This document shows, piece by piece, positions 25,601 through 39,000 of a stretch of 64,000 nt of DNA. The stretch covers positions 7,750,001-7,814,000 of the forward strand of contig OX442314.1 in the NCBI GenBank assembly GCA_949358305.1, given 5' to 3'. Each line of letters opens with the position of its first letter. Position 1 is the stretch's first letter. This DNA comes from Strigamia acuminata. Taxonomy: Eukaryota. A program made the position numbers and the translations under genes. Under the pieces are notes generated by a model. It saw only the letters and a program-made list of their open reading frames with translations. It searched no databases and was not told the DNA's origin.

Positions 25601-27827
25601 GTATCATAAAATCACAAACATAATAATTAAATATCTTCTTTAAAAGATTCCCCTTTATGGAAACAGATTTACCACTTTGCCGATGTTCAAACAGCACACA
25701 CGTGCAGTACAGTACTGCATTTAAATTGATGGAAAGCACAAATCCAATTTCCGATTGTCTATGTCAACGTTCATGTCAAAAATTAATTTATACACCATTC
25801 AGTGATGATGGCATAGCAGACGATAAAAATACCGTATCTATATCTTTAACAATACCTACCGGTAATGACAAAATCAGCGTTTATGAAGAACGGTACACCT
25901 ACGACGTTATTGCTCTACTTTCGGATTTAGGAGGCAATCTGGGTCTGTTTCTCGGTCTGTCGATAATCTCATTACCTGAAATCACTTGGTATTTACATTA
26001 TGTTGCGTCAAACACAAATCAAAAAAGGCCCGTCAATAAGATTCGCTATTTGTATGAGACATGCAAGAAGAAAGTCATGGCCCGCGAAAAGAAAATGATG
26101 ACAGATATAATCTTAGAAAAGCTTAAGTTTGTGCTGGTATTTGTGACTGCAGGATTCACTTTATATTGCTTGCAAATTCGTTTCAAATACTACATTGATG
26201 AACCGGTAACAAAAATGGTTAGAATAGATCAACGTCGCTTCGTAGAATTTCAGTCGATGACGGTGTGTGGTGAAAAACAAAATGATGACATGGACAAAGC
26301 CAGATTACACTTAATTAAACACACCAAGAAAATGTGCGATGAAATATCACCCTGGCAATTGTTCAGCAACAAATTGTCGCTGGAAGAAATCTGGAAAACA
26401 CTCAACGTCCATGACACAATTGATATTGAGAACAAGGTATACTACCGTATGTTACATTCCAAAAACTAACACAGCAAATTATTTTTCTTGTAGAAAATTT
26501 ATGGATATCAAACACCACTAAAGACATCAATGCATCCTATTCCACTTCCTTTTGGTAATTGCTCACGAATAAACACAGGTATTTTATACATTTTATTTTT
26601 TAGAGCTGACACCTGTGCAATTTATGGGAAGTTGTGCCTCATTTTCAATGAAATTGAACAAGTTATTGAAAGTTTTTTCTCCGGTGTGAAAAAGGCAGTC
26701 ATAATTTTGACCGTTTCAATGTTTTTCAGAAAAATCAATCGACGTAACTGCTTACCTCCTGATTAGATTTGAAAACTTATTGCCTCCAAAAGCATGTGAC
26801 CAGCATCTAAAGGTAATATAACAGTACTGTACTGCGTAATCTCTACATGAAGTTCTCAAAAATGTTTGTAGTAAAAATTTTCAAAACGCAAACCCATAAA
26901 AAATTGTTTGAACTCTAGATTTGTGAATTCAATCTATGGACATTTTTATTTATTGAAAAACTTAATTTTGCTCCTAAGATTTTTAAAAGAAATCCTAGAA
27001 TAAAATTGTTAAAAAATATTATATTTTCAGTTATTCCTGAATAATCTAGAAGATGATGTTAACATTTTGGCACCTTTGGCTATAAATTATGGATGGGTGA
27101 ACACTGTACTGTTTCGTGCATACAAGGTAACAAACCAAACAAATAATACACCTGCTCATGCTAAACTAAACTTCATTTGATGAAATAGACTATACAAAGA
27201 AATACAAAGCGTAATCCATGCGAACAAAACAAATCTACTTATTTTATGTGCAAAAATGCTTGCATTATGAAAAAGAATTTGTTTCAAACTGGTAACTGTA
27301 GGTATGCTAATATTACTAGTAGTAATATATTTGTTGTTTGAAAATACTTAGCCTTTTCTGTTTCCTACTGAGGTTGCTTTTGTGAATATTACCATACAAC
27401 TGTTTGTTTCAGATTGCCTTACGCAGAGATGTCTAATTTGCCTCCTTGTACCACAACAGAGGAAATTACCACCGCTCATCTAATGTATTTCAATAATTTT
27501 GAGTCAAAACGAAAACAATGCAAATGTAAACAACTTTGCGAAAATAGTTTTTACAGAACTACCATGCATGGTAGTAAATTTGCATTAAACTCTACCACAT
27601 TCCTAATGATAAGATCAGCTGATGACTTCGTACTAGTAGAGACTATGGAAGAGCAAGAGAAATATCCGCTGTCTCAATTGCTAAGCGATGTCGGTAGCAT
27701 TGTAGGATTAGGTCTGGGAATGTCATTGCTGTCATGCTACATTTGCATTTTAAACAGTTATAGTTGGTATAAGAGTCGTCAGAATTTGCGAATGGGTTGT
27801 CGATTTGACCACAAAAGCGACCATTAA
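22636..27827 (+). CDS. DEG/ENaC tandem-domain (two-subunit, four-TM) channel gene C, ~808 aa
   Basis: Exons 22636-23112, 25032-25110, 25172-25260, 25316-25408, 25476-25582, 25647-26436, 26494-26578, 26730-26812, 27031-27126, 27189-27301 and 27413-27827 are all GT-AG and in frame. Two TM1/ECD/TM2 modules (SDLGGNLGLFLGLSIISLPE; SDVGSIVGLGLGMS). Confidence 0.88.
23222..24847 (+). mobile_element. Internally deleted Ty3/Gypsy LTR retrotransposon in gene C intron 1
   Basis: TGTGAG...CTCACA termini and 5-bp TSD tacat. The 3' LTR (24696-24847) is preceded by a purine-rich tract; only ~30 bp of the 5' LTR remain. ORF 23231-24610 has the RNase H tail (ARW...HKPGKLNVVADALSR) and integrase (H..H..C..C, VDH, SDEG, NGLAER). 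Confidence 0.92.
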
Positions 27828-28807
27828 ATATGATTTACTTAAAACTATTCATGTACAAAAATATTTGCAGTCTTTATTATAGCATCGTAACCTATTTGGT
27901 TATTCGAATAAAAAACACCGTTTTAAGTTAGCTTTCATGCAAGTTGCTAGCGCCCAGAAGTAGCCAAACTTGGCACTTTGCGTCGTCTGCTGTCCATTTG
28001 TGCATTGTGGGTCCTTGTGGCAATGCAGCAATGCCACAGTTGTCAATAATCCATTTTTACTCCAATTAGCTTATGCGTGCTAGATACGGGCGGCTCAAGA
28101 TATTGAATTCATGGCAAGCTGTATACTAACTTTGATTAAATTTTCTGAGCAAAAGATTTGCTGCGAATAATTATACACAGTGCAAAAATCCAATTTCGTT
28201 TTCTTTCACTCACCAAAGACACGTTAATGGGAAAATGTATGAATTAATAATCATCATACAAAGTGTTACTATAGGAATAAGAGTTTATTGGAAACAAAAG
28301 AGAACAGTCAATTCTGAACTCAGTGCTGGTAGTCACCAAATAATTTGCAGATACCTTTTAACACAAAACAAAACAAGGTAAAAGACTTAAAATATTCCAT
28401 ATTACCCCACTTTAAGCCGCATGCCGGTATAGTGCGAGTTTTACCAGCATGCCGATAAACCCCGTTTTAACCAGCTTGCCACTGTAAGTGAGTGCAAATT
28501 TTTATCAATAAGAATTGGCTTAAACAAACATAAAAAGCATTTTTAGATGTTCAAAATGTAGGAAATTGGCTTAAATTTTTATAAATTTACCCACATTTTG
28601 GTAACAATCTTCCGAAAATTAAAAAAACTCAAATTTCAGGCCTAAATTCTCCAATTCTCTCCTTATGACACATTCCTTTAAACGACAGTTTTAATAATAA
28701 TTAATTCGCGTAAGTATGTACAAGTTGTTTACAAAATTTCAATTGGCTTTACAGTGACAACCACCAGTACCATAGTTTGAATTCTGTACATAGAAGTAAC
28801 AGATACA

Positions 28808-31800
28808 ATGCAGAACAATTGTTTGGTGAAAAAAAAGAGGCAAAGATTGGGAGAACTACGTCTGACAATTAACCAATTGTTGAAAGATGATGAAAACAAA
28901 CTTCGATGCAATATCATTGGTTTGGATGATTTCGTGAGCAGTAGAAGACATTGGACAAAGCATCACACCTTTTGGCTACTTTTATTCTCATTTTGCACGT
29001 GCTTGCTCACTTATCAGACTTGCGACAGGATAATGCTTTACTTAAGTTATCCAACGGTTGTTGATGTAACGAGTAGATCGGAAGATGTCGAACTACCAAA
29101 CTTGATGATCTGCAATAGCAATACGAAAGAAATGGCCAGTCTTTGGAATAAAACTCACGTAAACCTCAAACCTCAAATCAAAGAATGCTTAGACATGATG
29201 AAAACTTTTTTGGTAATCCCAACTTACAATGTTGACGAACTTTGGAAAGCGACTAATTTGACGACCGACATAGTGAGCGTCAAATTAAAAGTAAAAAGAT
29301 AATTTAAAAAAAAATATTTTAAAATTTAAAAAAAAATTATAATTTTTTATGACAGGGATATAGAAATTCAAATAAATCAATTGTTATCACTGAAACTGGC
29401 TATCAATTGGGAATGTGCTCAGCAATTCAATTACGTAACTATACACATAAAATTTAGCACCATCTATTTAATTGATTTTATTACTGATTTACATAGCAAA
29501 AGCTTCTAGCGACTCGTATGTTGGACAAGTACTAACAGTAAAAATGGAAAAAAATTATGATCACATTTGTCCTACAGCGCCACATTGGGTATTTCAATAA
29601 TTAAAATTGTAAATATTATTCATTTTGTTTTCTTTTCATTCTAGCTTTTCCTTACGTTCGATAATTTTGGAAAACACTATTGCGCAGGAATGCAATTTCT
29701 TGGTGCAACATCAAAAATTTATATCAGTTATGACAAAGTAAAATTTTATCCAAGATTGTAAAACTACTAGACATCATTTAATTTAATTTTTAATTTTTAG
29801 TTTATATTTCTTAATTCACCTACAAGTAAATGCTCCAGTGACGACGAATTCAGAGAATGCTATCGGAGTTGTCTATCCAAAAAATTTAAAGAGGATCTAA
29901 CATGCAGGTAAGACTATTTTAATTTGAGATGGTGTTATACAATGAACCAAATAAATCGTAAATTAATTTTTTTGTGCAAGATTTCCCCATACAAAAACGG
30001 ATTTACCACTCTGTAAATGTTCGATCAAGACACTTGTGCCATACGGTAGAGCGCGTGGAGTAATTGACACCATACACCCAATTTCTTCATGTCTATGTCG
30101 ACGTCCGTGTGAAAAAATAATGTTTACACCGTCTACTGATACAGGCATAGCTGATAAGAAAAATAGTATATCTGTGTCATTAGCAATAACTAATGAGAAA
30201 ATTAGTGTGTTTGAAGAACGGTACATCTATGACGTCATTGCTCTACTGTCGGATTTTGGAGGCAACCTGGGTCTGTTTCTCGGTCTATCATTGATTTCAT
30301 TACCTGAAATCACTTGGTATTTATATTATGTTGCAACTAACATTCACCAAAAAAAATCCGTCTGTAAGATACGCCATCTGTACGAGATATGCAAGAAGAA
30401 AGTCATTGAGAATGAAGAGCAAACCATGACATTTGGTGTCTTAAAAAAACTTAAGTTTGTGCTGGTATTTGTGATCGTAGGATTCACATTATATTGCTTG
30501 CAAATTCGTTTTAACTACTACATTGATGAACCGGTTACAAAGATGGTTAGAATAGATCAACGTCGCTACACTGAATTTCGGTCAATTACGCTATGTGGCG
30601 AACAACAAAATGATGGCATGGACGAAGCCAGATCACACTTACTTAAACACACCGAAAAAACATGTAATGAAACATCGCCGTGGCAATTGTTCAACAACAA
30701 ATTGTCACTGGAAGAAATCTGGACAACACTCAATATTCATGAGCAAATTGATATTAACACTGAGGTATACACATAAGCATGTTAAATTTTAAAAAGTATA
30801 AGAGTGAAAATTATTATATTTCTAGAAACATTATGGATATAAATTAGCATTAAACGTGTCAAAGCATCCAATTTCACTTCCTTTTGGTAACTGCACACGA
30901 ATAAATGCAGGTAATTTACAAATCTAATTTCCTAGAATTCACACGGTCATTTCAAATAATAACTTTTCAAATGTTTTTCAGAAAAATCGATCATTCGAGA
31001 TGCTCAGCTTCTACTTAAATTAACTAATATATTTCTTTCAAAAGTCTGTGACCAAAATCTAAAGGTAATTACCACTATTTAATTTAGTGAAACCTCGCTT
31101 CCTAACAATATAATCAGACACTATATACATATACACTGTATTTTGTAGCCCCAGCCTGTACATGTTATCTTTTATGCCCATGCCTCGTACGATTAACGTC
31201 AGGACTTCCCATCCGCCATTTTTTCTGAATATTAACCTGCACAAAAATGAAGGAAGAACCATCTGTGGTCGCAATGCTAAAACTTGTTTCAGACAAATGG
31301 TGGAGGTGACGATAATAACAGTCATCAAAGAATAATGCTGTCACCATTTCCCCGCTAAATGACATCATTTTGTGTCTGTTTAGCCATGGATGGCGCCACG
31401 ATCACGAGAATGAATCGCATCAGGGTCTAACAATTGAATTATGACAGTTGGGAAGTCCCGTAGTTAATCGTGCAGGTTTACAGAAAACCTAATTTTAAAT
31501 TATAATAATATTCAGCTTTTCCTAAATAACCTGGAAGAAGAAGTTAACATTGTGACACCTTCGGCTTTAGAGTATGAATGGGCAAACCTTGTTACACTTC
31601 GAGCAGTTAAGGTAATGAATTAAAGAAATTATACCGTACATACCGTTTTCCTTCATCGAGAGCCGCTCTCGAATAAGATCTGTTGGGAAATAAATCTAAC
31701 CCGTGTTGTTTGTGTGAAATAGACTATACGACGAAATACAAAGCGTAATCCATGTGAAGAGAACAAAAATACTTATTTCAAGTGCAAAAATGCCTGCATG

Positions 31801-32360
31801 AAAAAGGATTTCGTCCAAACTTTGAAGTGCAAGTATGCTGTGTTCATATATTTCACTTTTCTCAAATTTAGATTTTATCGATAGAATACATACTTATTTC
31901 TTTATTCCAAAAAATATCTAGCCTTTTCAGCAGATAACTTATTCACAAAATTGCTGTTTGTTTCAGATTACCTTTTTTTTGGAGATCGAATTTACCAGTT
32001 TGTAACACAACAAAGGAAATCACTACGGCTCATTTAATGTACTTAAAGGCTTTTGACTCAAATCAAAAACAATGCAAATGTAGACTGCCGTGCGAAAACA
32101 ATTTTTACAAAAATAGTTTGCATGGGACTAAATTACGATTTAAATCTACAACATATATAGTTGTTCAATTTCCTGATACTTTCTTAGAGATTATAGAAGA
32201 GCAACAGAAATATCCGCTATCGCAACTGCTAAGCGATGTCGGTAGCATTGTAGGATTAGGCTTAGGAATGTCTTTGCTGTCTTTCTACATTTGCATTTTA
32301 AGCACTTATACTTGGTTTAAGAATAAGAGCTTTTCGATGTGGTTCCAAAAGAAGAAATAA
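28808..32360 (+). CDS. DEG/ENaC tandem-domain (two-subunit, four-TM) channel gene D, ~801 aa
   Basis: Exons 28808-29290, 29356-29434, 29497-29588, 29645-29737, 29801-29907, 29981-30764, 30826-30910, 30982-31064, 31516-31611, 31723-31832 and 31967-32360 are all GT-AG and in frame. TM2 motifs SDFGGNLGLFLGLSLISLPE and SDVGSIVGLGLGMS. Confidence 0.88.
31188..31472. mobile_element. MITE in gene D intron 8
   Basis: Imperfect TIR tacgattaacgtcaggacttccca ... tgggaagtcccgtagttaatcgtg. Confidence 0.55.
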
Positions 32361-33022
32361 AATATGAATTGGGAAAAACTATCAATATGCAAAATCTTTT
32401 AAATCTTTATGTCACAGTTGCAACAAATTTCGTATTTGAAATTTTAAGAATATAAAATAAAATAAAATAAAATAAATCATTTTAATGCACTCACATTGAA
32501 ATAATGTTGTTTTCTGATTAGATTGTTGAAAATATAGTAGCAAAGTTATATTTTTAACTAAAATTCAGATTGTGATTGTTGAAATGTATACACACATAAA
32601 TAACATATATTTGAAGTAATTTATTTCATCGGACTCTTTTTTTCTTAAATTTATTTCTGTCTTTCCTGTGAGAGGAAAAAGAACTGCAATTCTGATATAG
32701 ACAAGTTGTGTATGCTCTTCTATTTTGCTCTTCTAATTTCTGATATTCCTCCCATTTAAATGCACTGATTTACTCATTGGGCGCCTGTGAGGCCATCACA
32801 AATAAAGTATACCTACTACAACAAAATATTTAAATTCTTGTATAGTACATAATTAATTTTTTCTTCTATTTCTAATTATTACAAGGAAAGTACGATTCAA
32901 ATTTTAAAAAATCAAAATGAGCCAGATTATCCCTCAATGTTATTACAAATATTTCATTCTATAATGCATGTTCTGTGGCACTTTACGAAACAAATGTACT
33001 GCCTAATTATCCTTTTAAAACT

Positions 33023-36000
33023 TGTGGTGAGCAAAGTGGATAAATATTCCCCCCAAGCGGATATTTGCCCTTTGACTCACTGCAATAGACGGGTCGTTCC
33101 CCTCGTGTTGGCTCCGCCTCTCCCTGAGCAGGTGTGTGCCCCGAGGGGAGTGAGGTGGCCGTGGCAAGCCCCCATTGGCTGTGCCTGGCCCCTCACACTG
33201 ACCCATAAAAGGGAGAAATTCCCGCCAAAAGACAGAACTTACACAAACGACACCAAGAACACAGCAACTACCTCACCGTCAGGCCAACTTCAACTACAAG
33301 TTAGGATTGATCGAGGATCGCTGAGTAAAGTGCAAACTGTAACTCTCACGAAGTCACTTGCGAGCTATTCCTGCGAAAGCACGAGAATAGCCCTTGTGAA
33401 ATCGCCCAGAATAATCGCCCAGACGATTATTCGCCGAAGTAAGTGTCCGAGTGCTTTGTAGGGAACCCCAAAGTTCCTAGACGAGGCCTCTGCGACGCTA
33501 AACCAAACCCTAGACAACAGGCACGGATAGAAGACTCGAAAGAGCATTCCACCGCGTCCGTGACGACGAATCCGTGACGAATTTATGACAACTCGAGACG
33601 CCGCCTTTGTTCCGTCGACCACGCGGAACCGACGACGCCATCTTGAGAAATCCTTTGTTCGACGCTGACCACGTCGACTCTAGAATTATTACTAAGTGTA
33701 TTTTAAGGCCTTCAAGCCTACTGAATAAATTACTTGTTCATTTAAATACATTTGGTATTCATTTGGGTATTTGCATAATTGATCACAGGTAAAGTATTAC
33801 ACGTCAGCGCTATTTAAACCTATCACCAGGTAGGACGCGACACGTGGGGGTCTGTCCGGGATTTAGAAATAAATCTCAAACTGAACTTGTGATCTCTTTT
33901 AAAAATAACCAAATGAAAATGTCAGACAAAGATGAACAATCCGCGTCTGAAACCGAGCAACCTATGCTCAAAAAGGGAAACAGAACCTCCGACTATCACC
34001 AAAGGTCGGACGGTCCAGTTCCGGAACAATCCGCTAAGGCGAAAGCCCGAGCGAACAAACAAAAAGTGAAGGCGCAGAAAGAGGAGCAAGCTGCCTCGCT
34101 CACAGCCCCCCATGGGGCAGAGCGAGAGCGGATTCCCTTGAATACGCAGAAAGAGGAGCAAGCTGCCTCGCTCACAGCCCCCCCTGGGCCAGAGCGAGAG
34201 CGGGTTCCCTTAAATACGCAAACCTTCGAAGATACCGATACAGAAGTTCCAGAAAATTGCGAAGAAATTCACGAACAATCAACCGAACGAGTATCGATAT
34301 TAGTGGCCGAGGAGACACACAAAACTCCGAGGCAAACAAATACCATCAGCACCAACCCATCGCCACCAGTGGATCAAACTCTTGTGCGAGACCAGGGCGG
34401 GACCCCGATAACTTCCCAAGTTACGGCGAGGCCTGCCTCGGTTTCCCCTGAAGTGGCCCATTTAATACGGCTAGAACAAACTCCGCGGCGAGGCAGGAGC
34501 GGGACCCCGATAACCCCCCAGGTTACGGTGCGACCTGCTTCAGTCTCTCCCGAGATAGCCCACCTGATACGGCTAACACAACAAGCGACCCGACTGAAAG
34601 CAGCGATAGACATTCCAGTAGGGACGTCGGTCTGGGAATCGATTACTCTACTCACTGATGCTATCTGTATGGCCCAAGCCGCAACGCCAGTCGCAACACC
34701 AGCAGCGGAGACGCCCATGCAACAAGAAACGCCAAGTGAAATAGGCGGTTTTGTACCCGACCCCCAAAAAGCCCTTTACAAAGCCCGCGAAAAGGCTCGA
34801 GAAGAAGCGAGATTGGAAACAATAAATCGGCAACGAAAATTGAGCGCAGAAAGAAGACAACTTTGGAGGGAAGAAGAAGAAAAACAACAACGCGACAAAA
34901 GGACAGCCGAGCGAACGGAAAGAATAATACAAAAAATGAGAGGAGACCAGGAAGCCGAGATAAAGCAAGAATGGAACGTCATCGTAGAAGGAAAGCATAA
35001 AAAAGCCCAAGACTACAAGGACCAATTCCGAGAACTCCTGGCGCAACATAAAATGGAAAAGCTGCAAAAATTACGAGAAGAAGCCATAATTCAGCACCAA
35101 AAGTGGGAAGAACAATACCATGAAAGAATGAAAGCTGAAAAGGCTAGAAAGGAAAAAGAACAATTCCTGAGAGAGCAGGAAGAATGGGAGCGAGAAAGAT
35201 GGAGAGAAGAATATGAAGCTAAAAAACAAGCTATAATTGATGAACAGAAAAGATGGGAAGCCGAGAATTGGAAAAAAGAAACAGAGAAATTCCAAAGAAA
35301 ATACGAACAAGACATTTCGAAGAGAAATAAAAGAGAGAAAGACCAAAAAATGAACCAAAAGCCCCCCTGTGGCTCTGACATCGAAACAAGAGAGCGCAGA
35401 ACAAAGCCAACGAAAGCGGCAAAATTAGGAAGATCCCAAGAGGAAGACCGACTGGAACCGAAATCAAGAGACCGTCACCCCTCGAAGAGATCCGAAACTG
35501 GAGCGACCACTAATGCTTCACTCGATTGGAAGAATACAAATAAGGACCGCGAAGGCCCAGAGAATGAAGAAACTAAATGGCATTCTTTTTGTGGGAGCAG
35601 CGACGGAAGGGAGCCGCCGCCATCCGGAAGCCAGAAAAAGCCACAAGATGGCGATGAAGTTCCACCTAGAGGAGCGGAGAATCGCCCCCATGGCGACCCC
35701 TCCGACCCCTCCGACTCGTCGGACGACGACCACCCAAGTCGGTCGTCCACGAGGGGAAATCGAACAGGCAGGGACGGCGACCAACGCCGACCCGACCCCA
35801 CAAGCACCTCAAACCGATCTTCCCGGAGCTGTCATCCTCGCTCACAAAAGAGAAAGGAGTTCGTAACCAATCCCAAGCCGCATGCCGACAAGCAAACGAC
35901 AAAGGACAACAGAAAGGAAACATCGAGTAGAACTAAAACACTACTAAGTTGCCTCAAGTCTGAATTTGAAAATTATAAACACAAGCCAAAGAAAAAAGCT

Positions 36001-39000
36001 CGAGACAGAAAAGCAACGCTTCTTTCGTGTCCAAGCCACACCGAAGTAACGAGCGAGGCCAGCCACCTGACCAAGCTGTTAAAAAAAGCACCAGACAGCA
36101 AGACTGTACAGAACAAAAATTTTCCTATTCGTGACCAGTCATTACAAATCCCACCAACCACGGGGAATCAACATCAGCCAGTAACAACTGAAAGACCAGC
36201 AGTGAGTGACACAGGGCCGCCAATAAAAATGGAGAAGGCCCCGCTCTCGCTAGAAGAGAATTTAACAAAAACAGTCTTTTCTCTTTCGGGAAGAATAAAC
36301 TGCGACCAAAGCGGAAACAAAACGCTAAACGATGTACGGGTTTCTACACTGACTCCACTGCCAATCGTGAATATTTGTGATGAGCATGGACAAACAAATA
36401 AGGCAGGGCAAGCAATATTAGAACCAATGGAAAAAATTAAAGATTTGTTGCCGAAAAATTCGAATGACAAACCAGAGCGTTTGCAAGATGACCAATCAAG
36501 TCCTCATCAAGAAACTGACCAACAAAAACCGCCCGACGTAACTCCAGCCCAACCGGAGCAAGCGATTTCGGAGAGGGAGGAAGCAGAAGAAACCACTTCT
36601 GAAAATGATAAAACACATCATCCTCACCGTTCCAAACAGAAATGTGACGAAAATCATCCCGAGCGAGAAGACAGACAATGGAATCGATTGTTATCCCCAA
36701 TGATCAAATATAAATCCACCCCCTGTCTAAATGAAAGGAAAAAACTAAAACACTGCGTTCATGAGCCTAACCAATCAAGCACGTTGCATAATCCAAAAGC
36801 TGACTGTCAAATTAGGGCCTCTTCACGCAGCCCGATAAAAACCAGAGCAACGATGAAACAAAAACAGCTAGAAAAAATGGCTCAACCACCTCCAGTTGGG
36901 ACCTTACAAACTCCTCAAGTTACTAAGCTCACCAGAACGCAAAACCGAAAAGAAAGACGAAAAAAGACAAGAGAAAAAAAGAACCGACTGGCGCAGAGTC
37001 AAGCAGCCAATTGTGAACCATTTGCAATGAAGCGCCGACCGCCCGATCTCACTATGAGGTCCCACAATAAAGAGTTTGTTGCTAACCGCTCCTTCTCAGA
37101 GCTCAAGAGAACGAACCAGTTGGACGAAGACATCTTGGGAAGGGAGGAGATAAAGAAAGCAACAATAATTTTGGAAGAAAATCAAGAAAGGCCAAAAATG
37201 GAGAAAGGAACATTAAAAACAGATTATGAGCAAGACAAACTATGTCCAAACTTCAAGGACAATTGGAGTGAGCCAGACAGCACTAGAATGATTGCAGTGC
37301 AGTCAACTCTGAAGAAACAGACCCTCTGTTTGTTACACGAGCTCCCGCTGGCCAGCCACCCAGACAGGGCACAGACCCATTATCGAGCCAAAAAACTAGT
37401 GTGTTGGCCGAGGATGAGAAAAAACACTTCTTATCTCATTGGACAATATCCCCAAGATGTTGCCACTGGGCGGATTAAGACCTGTGCCCTCGCTAAACGC
37501 TTTGCTGAGGAGATCACAGAGAATTTATTCGATGCAGCAATGAGATTCAAATTCAAGAAAAAAGCATTATCAGACAATGACACGCAATTTGTCATTAAAA
37601 TATGCAAAGATTTCGGTGACAAACTAAAGAATATCGAGAGCAAAACATATGGATATGGGTACAAGTGGAATCAAAACATGATTGCACGGATTTTCGACAG
37701 ACTTGAGAAAATTCACAATTTGGAAACGGATCTTCCATTCACGGACTCCGAAGCTAAGGACCATGTTTGGAAAGAAATTCACAAACTGCCCAGCGCAGCC
37801 AAGGATACCGCTGCCAGTCAGGCAGTTCAAAGAGACAGTTCCGGCATGAGCAGAGCTGGACAAGGCGACGATACTCACAAACTGCTGCAAATAATCCACA
37901 ACTACAAATTAGAGCCTATAGATGTGGATTGGCTGACACAATATCTGCCAGAATTTTCCCCGGAGACATGGTTAGAGATTCAGTCAAAATCAAAACATAT
38001 CTACTGCTGGACCGAGACTTTAATAACGCTGCCAACAAAGAATTTAAATGGAGACCCAACCCTAGTGGGGTCCGGCCGCGCCAAGCACCAGAAACCAAGC
38101 AAAGGCTGTGCAGCCCCCTCAATCGAAACTTCAACGACTGAAGCCCCAATAGATGATAAACGAGATCGAGTGGAATTATCGAACAAGAAGTGGGGCGGTC
38201 AATCAACCCCAATTAACCCAGTCATCGTTCAGGCAAGAAATATTCGCCCACAAGTCTGTGAGAAGATAAACCCCATCAACATTAACCAGCAACGTGACAA
38301 TAATACAAATAGCCGGCAGAATCCCAATCGCAACAAACTCAAGACTTTTCTTCGTGAAATGGAAAACGCCAAAGTCGCCGTCGCCACTTTGTCCAATATG
38401 GACTTGGCCCAAGATTGCCATATAAAACAGGCTATGGCTGTTTGGACCACCGTTAATCGAGAGAGTATAAGCATACCTCCATCAATGAGCGACATGTGGA
38501 GCCCGGTTGTCCCCTCGACAAGCAACATCCACTATGGTTTGACACACGACAGAGATGGACTGTCTTGGCCAATTACATCAGCTAGCCAACAGCCAACAAG
38601 CCCCTGGTGTGTCATTTCACCACTTGCAGTTGGGCCCTCAACAACTTCACCATCAACTGACAATCGCGAGCAACAAAACTCATCACGGAACTCACAGAAT
38701 CAACCCAGAGTACCGAGAACAACAAAGTCAATTTCGACTCATACGGCTAGCCCATTTGTACTGACCATTGCCATAGAGACATCGGCCACCCACAACGACA
38801 GTAGAACTCTTATTGTATTCCTCACATACTGGAGGTGTACACAGACCGAAACGACATACAAACCAAAAAATAAACATGTTTTGTTCTCCATGAATGACCA
38901 AAACGACTTACGTTCTATCCTCAGCGGAAACCGATTATTCCCGACACCTCACATCCCGGCATCAGCCTTAAGTTTTGATTATACATTACCACGGGCTGAG

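Noticed and set aside
32937..33792. ORFs of 174 and 157 aa duplicated at 32937 and 39027
   Set aside because: They lie within the two LTR copies, cross LTR boundaries and show no protein motifs.
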